Positions 24,428-36,291 of a stretch of DNA of 64,000 bases are shown piece by piece. How positions within the stretch are numbered: position 1 is the stretch's first letter; every line of letters starts with the position of its first letter. A program made the translations under genes and the position numbers. This DNA comes from Neoconidiobolus thromboides FSU 785 (Eukaryota > Fungi > Entomophthoromycota). The notes under the pieces are model-generated. The model saw only the letters and a program-made list of their open reading frames with translations. It had not been told where the DNA came from and searched no databases. Where the stretch lies: assembly GCA_025603075.1 (NCBI GenBank), contig MU626285.1, positions 1 through 64,000 on the forward strand, read 5' to 3'.

Positions 24428-25822
24428 ATGCCCGACGTTATTCGCAAAAATGCTTTATCTAAAACAAAAAAGAAATACGACAAGACTCAGGATGCTAAAA
24501 GAGCATGTGATATGTGTCAAAAGAGGAAAACCAAGTGTATATATAGTGGTGGGGTTTGTCACATGTGCGTAGTAAAGGATACACATTGCGCTTTTACTAC
24601 TCCAGTCTTAAAAAGAGGTCCTAAAGGAGGTAAACGTACTGGGGTTACTAAGGTAAAGAAAGAGAAGAAAGGCAGTAAGTTAGCTCCAATAAAGACTAAT
24701 GCTACGTTACCTAATATCCAACCTAGGCTTAGTGGCCAAACTAGCCCAGTTACTCCTTTATCTGCAAATTCCCAGTTCTACCAAACTTCTATCCAACAGG
24801 AACTTTGGGCAAACCAATCAAACTCAACCCCTTTTGTTCCCCATTTATCTTTTTTGAATCACGCGGATACTTACATCCCATCCAACGTTGAGCCAGGATA
24901 TATGTCAAATTACCATTATATGGAAAGCAACACTAATGATTACTCTCCAACCTCTTTACAACATTATTATATAGACAACGCCACTAGTTTAGTGACACCA
25001 AGCCATGTACATTTGCCTCATAGTGTAACCCCATCTACTTACTACAATAGTACCTCAATTGAAGTTCAAAACCATGTACGTTTATCTCATCAAGTAACTC
25101 CATCCGTTTATTATTCCAACGTATCAAATGAAGAGCATAACAATATACATTTATCTCATGGAGCAGCCCAACCTTCATACTATGCCAAGATCCCAATTGA
25201 AACACAAACCAATGTAAATATAATGAATTCTGGATCACAAAATCAAATGAATGTAAATATAATGGATTCTAAAAAACAAAACAAACCCAATGTAAATACA
25301 ATGAGTTCACCTGAATTGAACAATGCTATTTTAAACGTGAAGAATTCTCCACCATTGAGACAAAAAATGATTGAAGATTTTGAAAAGCGCTTAATAGAAT
25401 ATTCTGAAAGGACTCAACTAATTACTAATATCCAAATCCGTTATTTGATCAATTTTTTGAAAGAAGTTTTTCCAACCATGGTAGAAAGACAAAATATGGC
25501 TTTAGAAATAACCGACTTGCTTTGGAACTTCTCATCCGATGAAATGGACCAAAAGATCTTGTATTTAGTCACCTCAGTTTCCTCTGCCTATTGCTATCAC
25601 GTTGGATTACAGCAATTACGTAATATTCCACAAACATCCATCCACTTACGTGAAGCTGCAAAACATGCTTTTATTAACTCCCATTTATTCCTTGAAGCTA
25701 ATAGTTACTACTTTAAAGCTTTTGAGATGGCCAACTCGACAAACAGCCAGGGTGCTATTGGTGCCACCGCCTTTGCTGCCTTGGAATACTCCCTTATCCT
25801 TAGTACTGAACTTTGTAAATAA
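24428..25822 (+). CDS. Zn(II)2Cys6 (Gal4-type) transcription factor
   Basis: RACDMCQKRKTKC-x6-CHMC-x6-CAF at the N-terminus. First in-frame ATG at 24428. Confidence 0.9.
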   Translation: MPDVIRKNALSKTKKKYDKTQDAKRACDMCQKRKTKCIYSGGVCHMCVVKDTHCAFTTPVLKRGPKGGKRTGVTKVKKEKKGSKLAPIKTNATLPNIQPRLSGQTSPVTPLSANSQFYQTSIQQELWANQSNSTPFVPHLSFLNHADTYIPSNVEPGYMSNYHYMESNTNDYSPTSLQHYYIDNATSLVTPSHVHLPHSVTPSTYYNSTSIEVQNHVRLSHQVTPSVYYSNVSNEEHNNIHLSHGAAQPSYYAKIPIETQTNVNIMNSGSQNQMNVNIMDSKKQNKPNVNTMSSPELNNAILNVKNSPPLRQKMIEDFEKRLIEYSERTQLITNIQIRYLINFLKEVFPTMVERQNMALEITDLLWNFSSDEMDQKILYLVTSVSSAYCYHVGLQQLRNIPQTSIHLREAAKHAFINSHLFLEANSYYFKAFEMANSTNSQGAIGATAFAALEYSLILSTELCK

Positions 25823-26106
25823 TGTATAAATATGTAGATATAACCCTTGTTTTATTTTTTATTTTTTATTTTATTGTTTCTTGAGCATATTAATTGTTTA
25901 AATATTTAAATTTAAATTTAAACTAAAGTTGTTGAATTTTATTTACACAGATAACAATGTTTAGTTTTATTGATGTTGGTATTATGTAAAGCAATAAAAG
26001 TAATGATATACAGCCAAGATTTGTGATGGGCAATACCCCATCAAAAGCCTACAGGTAGTGATAGCTCAAGCAGCCTTTCTGGAATCATAATATAACCTTA
26101 GTTATT

Positions 26107-26207
26107 ATATGGAGATGTATTTTTGTTTAAGAACTTTACTAGCAATTTTTCCGCTCAAATAGTGCTTAAAAGATGGAAAAAGTAATGAAGCCAAAAGAAC
26201 ATTCATA
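26107..26207 (+). mobile_element. MITE copy (right TIR damaged)
   Basis: atat|ggagatgt...ccgctcaaatagtgcttaaaa...gaacattc|ataa. Confidence 0.75.
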
Positions 26208-26364
26208 ATAATTTATAGTGCTCAACTCTAAAAAATGTGTCTTTTGGCATGATTCTCTTACTTACAGCTTTATAGATTATTGGCCCCTTTATTTTTTTAC
26301 CATGTCAGACACGTAGTGCTTACGCTTTTTAAGGAAATTTTTTTACCTAATATTCTTTAGCAAT

Positions 26365-26446
26365 TGTTGTAGTTCGTGATGTATCCTTTATGATGATTTA
26401 TAATATTATAAGATTTTTTATAAAGAATACGTCACGAACTATGATA
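26365..26446. repeat. Near-perfect fold-back hairpin (22-bp arms, palindromic centre)
   Basis: tagttcgtgatgtatcctttat (26370-26391) versus ataaagaatacgtcacgaacta (26420-26441), 20/22 complementary. Centre contains the perfect palindrome ttataatattataa. Confidence 0.7.
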
Positions 26447-26550
26447 GAGATCTATTGTGTAATTTGAAGTATACGTTTCTCGTTAAAGTAACATTTTAAC
26501 TAATTGAGTTATCTATATAAAACATGTTATTTTATTATATATTGAATACC

Positions 26551-26656
26551 ATTTGTGGTTGTATTTTTGTGTTTAAGAATTTTACTAACAAATCTTCCGC
26601 TCAAATAGCGCTTAAAAGGTAAAAAAAGTAATGAAGCTAAAAAAACATCCCCATTT
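26551..26656 (+). mobile_element. MITE copy with ATTT/ATTT TSD
   Basis: attt|gtggttgtatttt...ccgctcaaatagcgcttaaaa...acatcccc|attt. Confidence 0.85.
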
Positions 26657-26884
26657 GATGTTTTGTCGCTTTTTTTGGTTATGCATCCATAGGGAAACTT
26701 GATTTACCTAAAAAAACCTTAGAAAAGATAAGACTTTATGACTCAAGGTTATAGAGTTTGTATGGGAGAGGAGTATCTCCAATAGCCATAGGAATTGAGA
26801 CCCATTATTAACTATTTAAGCATATTGATATCTTTATAAATAGATAAAGCTATTCCTAATTCAATATTATATATAAATTTTTCA

Positions 26885-26990
26885 ATATGGAAATGTTTTT
26901 TTTGGCTTCATTACTTTTTCCATCTTTTAAGCGCTATTTGAGTGGAAAATTGTTAGTAAAACTCTTAAACACAAAAATACATCCCCATAT
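26885..26990 (-). mobile_element. MITE copy
   Basis: atat|ggaaatgt...taagcgctatttgagtgg...tacatcccc|atat. Confidence 0.85.
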
Positions 26991-28128
26991 ATTCAATATT
27001 TTTAAAGAAAAAATTGAATCTCTCATGACAAGCGCATTCATTTAATAGAAATAAAGAGAATAGCCATTTAGAAAAACCCTTCAGTTTTTTAGGTGCCTTA
27101 ATGTCGTTACTAAAAACTGGAGGAGCCTTTATACGGAATATTTAACCATTTGAGGCATAGAGTAGGAAATGATCAAAGCAAGTTAGCTCTCAAATTATTA
27201 AGTGGGTAAACAAAATGGGATTTACAGTTGCTAAATTTAATTTGATAAAAACTGCACATTTTAATTTCAACTATATAATGTGGTCTACAAAAGTTGAGCA
27301 AGTTAACTTTAAAATTAGTGAAAAAAGAAAGGCTAAGTTTGAAATTTTGATATTAGGCTTTTCTTTATATCCCACAAAAAGTGAATAATTTTACAAAACT
27401 TTTTATTGATGATAACAGGTTCAATAGTAAAGCTATTTTATAATGCCACCACTGTTTTTTAGAAAAAAGTAGATCTCAATTGAAAAAATTACCAAAGATT
27501 AATTCATGTTATAAAAATTAACTTATAAGAATTAACCCCTTAAAAAGCTCAAGAATTGAAGTTATTGTTTTAGCCAAAACCATTACCTTTTTTAGAGCTG
27601 AATTTTGCAACAGGGTATAAGGGAAGACCTGATAGTCTGCATTGTTTCTTAGTGATGATCGAAATTTTAGGGCTCCTCGTATCTTGGCCTGCTTTTGGCC
27701 TACGCTTCTATAAAAAATTGAAGTTTTCAGCTTAACTTAAGAACTGTGAGCTGTAAACTATACAACCGCCCGTTTTAAAGTTTAAAATGGAACTCGAATT
27801 TTATTCAATTAAAAAATATTAGTATTACATAATTATAAAAATATTATTTTGTAATAATCGATTTAAGTTATTATAAAGTCAAAAAATAAGCTAAGAGTAA
27901 CTCTGATATCTTTTAGGATCACTTGCATCTATTTATAACTAATTGTGTTATCTATAAATATATTTTTAATGATAAATTAACTAATATTTTCAAACTATTT
28001 AAAGACTAGCCTTAACAAAGGATGATGTATAAATATTTGCTATTTTTAGTTACATTCTAAAAAATGAAAAGTTTAACATTAAATATCAATAAGCTGTGTA
28101 TCAAATATGAATCTTTATTTAATAAGTT

Positions 28129-28815
28129 TTAGTAGTAATTTAACATGTAACTATTATGATTCAATAAATTGGGTGAATAATATTGGACTATTTCATCTTG
28201 GTTTGAGAGAGGTACAGAGTTTGAGGTCGATAAATAGGGATAAGGGTAAAGGTAGCTATCACTTGAAGTTTCGCTTCTAACTTCTAAATTGTTGTCTAAT
28301 AATTCTACATTAATATATTGGTTGAATACATCTTCTGAAACATAGTTCACCATACAGCCGTTGTCCATAAAAGTTTCGTTATAAGGAGCATAAGGTTGCA
28401 TAGGTACATATGAATTGGTAAATAATTCTTGAGTATGTAAGAGTTTATACAGTTTATGCTCGTATTCCATGTTATTTACTAAACATTCCGGATGATGGTA
28501 ATCGATGGTTTGAATTAATTGATTTTCTTTATTTTGATTATATTTCTTTTTAGTGTTTGATTGATTTTTACGTGGACAATATTTGTAGTTTGGGTATTTT
28601 TTAGCATGTTCTATTTTGCCTAACTCTGCTAATTTTCTAAAATGTTCTTTGATAATCTCTGGTTCTTGATTCCACATCTCTCCGGCCAGCTTTGAGATAT
28701 CTTTATTATTTATTTTACCATGTGCTTTTAATATGTCTTCCATTTTAGCTTGGCGATAAGTCATAAAGCAATTTTTTGGTCTAGGTATATGCTTTTTCTT
28801 TTCACTATTCATCAT
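28129..28815 (-). CDS. HMG-box transcription factor (MATA_HMG/SOX-like subtype)
   Basis: HIPRPKNCFMTYRQ...NNKDISKLAGEMW...HAKKYPNYKYCPRK, followed by a Tyr/Asn-rich tail. Confidence 0.9.
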   Translation of the reverse strand: MMNSEKKKHIPRPKNCFMTYRQAKMEDILKAHGKINNKDISKLAGEMWNQEPEIIKEHFRKLAELGKIEHAKKYPNYKYCPRKNQSNTKKKYNQNKENQLIQTIDYHHPECLVNNMEYEHKLYKLLHTQELFTNSYVPMQPYAPYNETFMDNGCMVNYVSEDVFNQYINVELLDNNLEVRSETSSDSYLYPYPYLSTSNSVPLSNQDEIVQYYSPNLLNHNSYMLNYY

Positions 28816-29283
28816 GATCTAACTATTAAGTATTATTCTAACTATTTCAGATATCTTAGAACTTTAATCAGATTTCGATTGATTTATATACTATTTTCTT
28901 TATAATTGAAATCATATATTTCAATACAAAGGAAATCAGCTTATTTTGATTATAAAGAAATATTTATTTTTAAATTTACTTAACTAGCTTTACCTCTGGC
29001 TTAAATATTCTCTCTTTCAGGGGTAATTACTATTATAATATTGATCCAATTTTATTATTATACCGGTTTAACTTATATTAAACTTTTCTTTGTAATTAAT
29101 TTATTATACTCGATTCAATCATGATTAAACCTGACCAACCCTTGGGCTCTTTATTGAGATGTTTTTTATATATGGATTAGTTTAAAAACTCGATTCAAAT
29201 TTTGTCCATTTTGAGTTTTAGTAAAAATTGCGAGTCAAGCACTTAGTACTACAAAAATAGTTGCTTTTTTGCTCAATTTTAAT

Positions 29284-29387
29284 ATTGAGGATGTATTTTT
29301 GTGTTTAAGAGTTTTGCTAATAATTTTTCCACTCAAATAGTGTTTAAAAGATGGAAAAGTAATAAAGCCAAAAAAACACCCCCATTA
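29284..29387 (+). mobile_element. MITE copy
   Basis: att|gaggatgtatttttgtgtttaag...acaccccc|att. Confidence 0.8.
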
Positions 29388-30303
29388 ATTATATAGGAGT
29401 ATTTTTTGCCCAATATCTATTTGATATTCGAAATTTCGCACTACAGAAAATAGACTAAAAGTAAAATCGGAAAATTTTATTCTTAATTTTAGTCAAGCTT
29501 TTAACTTACCAATATACATATATGTATTCTTTAATAATTTAATATCGAATAATTACTGAATGTTTTTTGAGTCTAATTAAAGATTGAATCTTTATCTTTT
29601 ATTACCAAATTTAATTACAAACAATTTTTTATTTTTTCTAAATTCTACTTTGGTGTTAGAAATTTTCTTTTTTTACTGTATAATTATATAATTGAAAAAA
29701 GCGGTCTATTTACATTATAAAATAATGTTATTTTGTTAGTTATTTGGATTTATAAGGCTTTAAGTGTTATATTTCAACTTCATTTATAATTTTATTTGTA
29801 CAAACCCTTAATTCATATCAGTTAAACATTCAATATTGCTTAGTATTTCCTTACAACAAAGGGTGGTGTAAAGTGATGCTGTTTAAATGACAAATTTTAT
29901 CTAGTATTTTTGCATAAACTTATGAGCAAAGAGCATTATTTGGAGGCAAATTTCAACAACTTTCAATCTTTAATTATAAATCCTTAAAGTAACCTATACA
30001 GCTAAGGCAATTTTAACCCATTAAAGAGTTTAATGACAATTAAAACTCTTAATTTTAAATATTATTGATGATCAAACAAAATAAAGTTTATAAAACAATT
30101 AACAGTAAACTTTATATATATTTAAGGGAAAAAACTCCTTAAAATTTTTTTTAACAATACTTGATGGCAATATCCAATAAAACCCGTTTGACCATAAATT
30201 AAATTAAGGACAATTTTAAGGTTATAAAAGATCAACAACTAATTTAAAAATGGACTATTTAAACTAAGTATATTACTTATTATTTTTTATACCTATATAA
30301 AAA

Positions 30304-31241
30304 ATGGTTTACAATGGATTCTATAATGAGATTAACCCAGAAGATTATGAACAATTAACAATGTATGAAAAGCTGCAATTTAGAGCGCTTAAAGTTATTG
30401 ACACTTATAACTTTTATTACAAATCTTCATTTATCACAGTTATTTATTTAACTACTTTGTTTATTGGAATTACTTTAGGTAGATACATTGTATAGTTTAT
30501 TTATCAAACTAAAAATTTAGATTCGATTTTATCTGCTGATGGAAGAAATTTGAAAGAAAACAAAAGATATATACAAATAGTTTGTGCGATATTAAAGGCA
30601 CCATTTTTAGTTACTTTTATAATCGAGACTATTTTAAGAGCATTATCGATTACTAAGATAAAACTTTATAACAAGGTTTTGTCTGGAATAGATTGTGTTC
30701 TATTATTATCCATCATAATCATTGGAATTAATGAGATTAAAAATCCTTATACTTTAATCTCATTTATTGACCTGATGATAGTTTCCTTTCGATTATTTTT
30801 ACAAATTATTGGGAATAAGCTAACCATAGAAAAATTGCAGCAAAACGTAAGATACTAATTAAATAATTAACATATCCGCTAATTTAGCTTTAGGAAAATG
30901 AGATTTTGGAGGAAGTAAAATCTTATCATGATAAGCTAATGACGGATTTAGAGAAAAAAAAACAAGACAGTCAAGAGTTAGAGGCGCAGCTTGAAGAGTA
31001 TTTAGCAAATATTGAAAGGGCTACCAGTGAAATCAAACAAGTCCAGGAAGAGGTTCTAACCTGTCATCGGAAGTCTTGGAGTTCAATGGTAGCTCCGTAT
31101 ATATCAATTAGAGTCAAACTCCCTATAATGCACGATATACCTAATTCTAAAAGAAAATCTCTAGAACTTAATAGAAGGGAAAGGTTTAGAAATCGATGCC
31201 GATCTTGGGATTATACAAGCTCAAAAAAAAAGAATAAATAA
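30304..31241 (+). CDS. 4-TM voltage-sensor-domain-like membrane protein with C-terminal coiled coil (Hv1/TMEM266-like architecture), 3 exons
   Basis: Introns 30479-30520 and 30847-30893 join three ORFs in frame. Four hydrophobic segments carry D (S1), FxxE (S2), D (S3) and a single R (S4), followed by a heptad-rich helix. Confidence 0.55.
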
Positions 31242-32081
31242 AAATCATGTTAGGTAAGAAATGCCCTGAGGAATCAGCAGTGGAATATTTACGCTCCATA
31301 TATTAGATTTTAAGAAAAAAAGCTCTAAGTAATGTAGAATAACTCCTTCTTTGTCCAGTATTTGTATTTTGAATCTCTTTTAAAAGGAAAGTATCTTTTA
31401 GTGCTAATGATCAAGAACTATATTTAATAAATTAAACATTTAAAATATGAGTTGCTATTTTTTATTGACTTTCCTATAACTAAGGAGAAGTCTGTTTTAC
31501 TCGAAAGGTTAGTATTTATGACACCACGATTGAAAAAAAAATCGTAAATGAGATAAATAATATAACCTTCCTTAAATACAATAAAATAGTAGTGAAGTCT
31601 CTACTTTCCTTCTTCAAAGAACAAGTTAGAGTTTGATGTAAAAGCTAGAATTTATATAATCGTATTGCATACTTGTGTTTAAAATTGTAGGCCTTGAGAA
31701 CTTTATATTTTCAATAAAACTTTATATCACTAATAACAATTTAAAAAATAATTTATTATAAAGTTTATCAACATGAACTTAAAAAAAGGAGAAGATAAAC
31801 ATGTAAATTCTATTACGGTGGATTATAAATACTAATTATCCTAGAGTACTCTTGATCATATTATGCATATATTAACAATAAGGTTGGTAAAAGCAATACT
31901 GCGACTTCAATTCCCTCTTTTTATTAATACTTAATAGATTTTAACCCATAGGTTTTTTATTGTTGTAAACTTTGACTAAAACATAATAGTTGAATTACAC
32001 AATAACTATTATTAGGTATAAAGCTTTATTTAAATTTGATATCAAATAATACATGAATCTCAAAGTTGATCTTTAATTAAA

Positions 32082-33017
32082 TTAACATTGTGGATTAGGG
32101 TTAAAGCCAGCAAATTTGAAACTTCCATTGTCGTTCATAACACCAAAATGTATTTCGACAGAATCATCATCACCACGAGACTTCCATTTAGAATCGTATG
32201 GCTCTAAAATATAATAAGGGATATTACTTTTAGAAGCTTTACATATCAAACTTTGTAAAAAGTTGGCTTGATTTTCTTCAGATGGATCAGCAAGGTAATT
32301 TCCTTGTCCGCGGGTTGACCATCCTACTTCCGAGATAACAACTTTATCGGGAAATTGTTTAGATAAATCATTATATTGAATAATGATGGATTCGGCTGCA
32401 TTACCCATATCGCCATCCCCTCTTGGTGAAAAGAAAGAATAGATATTAGCATAAATTTTATCACATACATCATTTAATTCAGGATGTGATTTGAGATTTG
32501 CAGCAGTTTCAGCATAACCGATTGGGATACCTAACCCACTAAGCTGCGCTTTAGCAGCTTCAATATTTGAAATAACAGATCCAATATTGCGTCCATTCAT
32601 AAGCTCTTCATTACCTACTGAAATGCCAGTAAACAAGCTCTTATATTCATTTTTAGAAGCATATCCACTGATTTTGGCAATATCATCATTTCGTTTTCCT
32701 TCACCATCACGAGTCCAAACACCAGCTAGTATCTTAAGGTTTAAACCCTGACTAGTAATCGCGTTGATTGCATTGCTTAATTGGTCACAATCGGTTGAGT
32801 ATAAACGAATGTTACTCGTTAATTCTGAGACTCTTTTTAACTCATTAGCTACCTGAGCACTACTTTTACACCCCGATTCTAAGTAGGGAGAATAAGTGAA
32901 CCCACTTATTCCTTGGCCTACGTCCCTTCTAGCTACTCTTGGGGGAAGATTCTTTGCTAAGGCTGTGCCAGACAACCATCCTACTAACATCAAAGCTAAA
33001 GTATTAAGCTTAACCAT
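32082..33017 (-). CDS. Secreted GH17 beta-1,3-glucanase/glucanosyltransferase (Bgl2/Scw-like), copy 1
   Basis: Signal peptide MVKLNTLALML..., GFTYSPY, IRLYSTDC, acid/base ISVGNEEL, nucleophile VVISEVGW, and EPYD..WK...VEIHFG. Confidence 0.9.
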   Translation of the reverse strand: MVKLNTLALMLVGWLSGTALAKNLPPRVARRDVGQGISGFTYSPYLESGCKSSAQVANELKRVSELTSNIRLYSTDCDQLSNAINAITSQGLNLKILAGVWTRDGEGKRNDDIAKISGYASKNEYKSLFTGISVGNEELMNGRNIGSVISNIEAAKAQLSGLGIPIGYAETAANLKSHPELNDVCDKIYANIYSFFSPRGDGDMGNAAESIIIQYNDLSKQFPDKVVISEVGWSTRGQGNYLADPSEENQANFLQSLICKASKSNIPYYILEPYDSKWKSRGDDDSVEIHFGVMNDNGSFKFAGFNPNPQC

Positions 33018-33657
33018 TTTAAAATTATAATTTCTAATTCCCAATTCCTATCCAGTTCTATTTATATTATCTAGATTAGCAATATGTCACCTTATTCTTT
33101 GAACTATAACATTATTTATCGATTTTTATTCCTCTAATTGATTAGTAATTTATCACTTTTTGGTATTTCAAAATAAATGGACTTATCAAATGTTTTTGCC
33201 AATTGAGATCCATTATTGATTTCATTCTATCCTTTGATTGGAGTATAGTAAAAATCAATAGTTATTATAAAAATATTAACTTGCTTTATTTAGTAATAAA
33301 TTTTTTAGTTCAAAACAAATATGGTTGGTTGGCCATAAGAAAAAGAATAACTTTAATATATAATATTCTATGTAAGTTGTTTTAAGTTCTAACATTTAAT
33401 ATAAAATTACTACATAAAGAGTTTTCTGGGATTGTAAATTTTAATAGCACAAAGCTATAGGCAATATATTTATTTATTATAATATTGATTTTTTATTGCA
33501 TATTTCCGTTATTACAAAATCAATATTGTAAAGTTAAATATGCTTTTGATGGTACGCATCTAAGACAATGGTCGCTGTGATTAAAGAGAGGAGCTTAAAC
33601 GAACCAGGTGGCGCGATTAAAAACAGATAAAACTATTTATAAAAATATTGTTTATAT

Positions 33658-33764
33658 ATATGTGGATGTATTTCTTTGTTTAAGAATTTTATTAATGATC
33701 CTTCCACTCAAATAGTACTTGAGAAATAGAGAAAGTAATGAAGCCAAAAAAAGCACCTCCATAT
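33658..33764 (+). mobile_element. MITE copy
   Basis: atat|gtggatgt...ccactcaaatagtactt...gcacctcc|atat. Confidence 0.75.
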
Positions 33765-33997
33765 GCTTTATCATCATTTAAATATACTTAGTAGTTGTGT
33801 GACTGAATTTACCTTTTTTAATACTTATTAGCTTTAAACTGTTAGTATTTTTTAATAATGTTGATATATACCCTTTTAAAATGGTTAAAATATTCACAAA
33901 TATTAAATGATATTTAGTAGAATAAACTCAAAGATTAAAATAGGTTTCTGGAACTCTAACTTACATTTTTCAGTTATATCAATATTTCCGGCTAAGT

Positions 33998-34099
33998 ATA
34001 TGGGATGTATCTTTTTGTTTGAAACTTTTTTAACAGTTTTTCCACTCTAATAGCGCTTAGGAGATGGAGAAAGTGATGAAATAAAAAAACACCTCATAT
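33998..34099 (+). mobile_element. MITE copy
   Basis: atat|gggatgt...ccactctaatagcgctt...acacctc|atat. Confidence 0.75.
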
Positions 34100-34243
34100 A
34101 AATTCTGGAATCTTGAATTTACATAGAATGCCTTATTTTCCAAAGGTACATATTAGGCCCAAAAGCTAGTAGCAGGCTTATTTGCGCAAAAACCACAACA
34201 TTACGAAATATAATAATAAAAATCGTCAATTAAATAGGTGGTA

Positions 34244-34350
34244 ATATGGGGATGTTTTTTTTCGATTTCATTACTTTTCCATTTTTTAAGCGCTATTTGG
34301 GTGAAAAGATTGTCAGTAAAATTCTTAAACAAAAAAACACATCCTCATAT
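34244..34350 (-). mobile_element. MITE copy
   Basis: atat|ggggatgt...taagcgctatttgggtg...acatcctc|atat. Confidence 0.85.
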
Positions 34351-35121
34351 CTCTTATAAACTTAAAAATAACTAAGCGTTGTCTACGTCTTTCGATTCGG
34401 TATTTCCTTTCTCTCATTCGTACCACCTTGATACCTGTCTTTAACTCATATTTTACTTTAATCTACTCAGTAGCAAGCTGCTTATAACTAATTACGCTTA
34501 TTAGTATTATAGCTGAAAACTCAGGATCAAGTAAATATTTGTCAGTAAGCTTCTGATTTGTTTATGGGTTACTTCAAGAAATATAGGAATCGCTGAATTT
34601 ATTTTTTTATCATTGACAGTAATTAAAGGTAAGTATTGACTTACTAAACTATACCTGGTGCTCATAGAGCTCGGTTATAGAGAATTTAGATTTCTAATGT
34701 AAAACAAATTAATACCGAACGTTTAAACTTAAAAAAGGATACATAGTTATTATCAACTTATTAAAATTATTTAATCTATCGTAATATTATCTTCTAATGA
34801 TTAATATTTTAGCCTATATTTTATAAATATTTAATTTGCTTGACCCGAAATTTTATCGAAATGCCCTTAATTGTCAGCATTAAATTCAAATGAATAATAT
34901 AACAGTTAAAACTATATACGTTTGAGATTTACAATAAATATTACAACTAAATACTAGAATGAAATATAAAAACAATTTTATTAACTATCAAAATGAGCGA
35001 ATGTATATAAAAATATAGAACAATGATAACTCGATTATCTTAATTGAGCAAAAAAGTGAAAGATGGATTAAATAAAGTGATTAGAATTTGATAGCGTTAG
35101 TTATGACGTATCTAAGATAGG

Positions 35122-36291
35122 TTAGCAATTTAAAGGAAAATTTTGAGTATTAATTGGCTGATGTTTGGAATACATTTTGGAGAAAGCTTTAATTCCTCTT
35201 TTTTGGCTTGAAGAAAAGGGACAAGGAATAGGTTGATTGGAAGGCAGAGGTGGCAAACCACGCATCAAATAACTTGATTTAACCACTGCTGCCTTTAAAG
35301 TGTTTAACCAAGAAGTTAATTGTAAGCTAGTTTCTGCTTTAATATAAAATTTGTCTCTTCCTGGATTATCTATCACTAAAACAAACTTTTGATCTGGGAA
35401 ATCGCTAGTAACACAAACGATAGATTGTGAATTTAATTGCAAGATTTCAGTACAAATGGCATCAGGCGAAGCAGATTCAAACCTGTATAACATGATCTCT
35501 TTAAATACTATATACCTTTTCTTCCATTGCTTTATAGACATAAACGATGAAGTTTTGTATATGTGCATCCAGCCAAATAGCTCTGCATTTTCTTGGGTAT
35601 TCCTAAGATTAATAGAAGGTGATACACCTGATATTGAAGGTTTTCTATTAAATAAATTAAATTCTTGTTTAAAAGTAAACCTGGACATTTCTTTTGATGA
35701 TGTAGGTAATGATATTTTCCTTGGTGGAAAATCATACATTTTTGACAATTTACTCTCATTAAATCCAGGAGAAGGATAAGTAGGGGTAAAAGACAGAATA
35801 GGCGAGTTATCAGTTGGTGATTTAATACTTGAACTATCTCTACTAACCAGTGTGTCTTTACTCATTGAGCTATTGATATAAAGCGATGGGCGTACTAAAA
35901 AGGTAGAAAATACCGGAGATACTTTAGTACTATTGGTATTACTATTGGTATTACTATAAGTTGAAGGTGATTGAGTTAGATATGTCATTGTTGAAGAGGA
36001 TCCTAAGGAAGTATTGTATATATCGTTTTTGGTTTCTTTTTTTGGGATAGATATTGTGTGCTTTTTTGAGGAATCTATATTGCATACTGTCTTCGATAAG
36101 CTTATTAATTGTTGTAATTGATATGCTATATCAGAATCCAAAGGATAACTATTTGAAGAGGAGCTTATCGAGTTTATTGAAAATTCATCCAAAACTTGCT
36201 TAACATCTTTGAGACATGTTGAATAAGCTGGAGAAGTGCACGTATCATCTTTTGATAAATACTCAACAGTTTTTATTCTTTTGGTTTCCAT
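35122..36291 (-). CDS. PH-domain protein with long Ser/Thr-rich N-terminus
   Basis: LFGWMHIYK...KQWKKRYIVF..MLYRF...FVLVI....FYIKAET..QLTSWLNTL. Confidence 0.85.
   Translation of the reverse strand: METKRIKTVEYLSKDDTCTSPAYSTCLKDVKQVLDEFSINSISSSSNSYPLDSDIAYQLQQLISLSKTVCNIDSSKKHTISIPKKETKNDIYNTSLGSSSTMTYLTQSPSTYSNTNSNTNSTKVSPVFSTFLVRPSLYINSSMSKDTLVSRDSSSIKSPTDNSPILSFTPTYPSPGFNESKLSKMYDFPPRKISLPTSSKEMSRFTFKQEFNLFNRKPSISGVSPSINLRNTQENAELFGWMHIYKTSSFMSIKQWKKRYIVFKEIMLYRFESASPDAICTEILQLNSQSIVCVTSDFPDQKFVLVIDNPGRDKFYIKAETSLQLTSWLNTLKAAVVKSSYLMRGLPPLPSNQPIPCPFSSSQKRGIKAFSKMYSKHQPINTQNFPLNC

Noticed and set aside
27600-27790. GC-richer intergenic island with a GTGATGA (C-box-like) and a GGGAAGACCTGA (RNase P CR-I-like) motif
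   Set aside because: No properly placed D box and no complementary CR-V/P4 partner found. An Rfam/Infernal scan would be needed.
28129-28815. HMG gene as a mating-type (sexP/sexM-like) locus
   Set aside because: The flanking triose-phosphate transporter and RNA helicase genes typical of Mucorales sex loci are absent, and early-diverging fungi carry many MATA_HMG genes.
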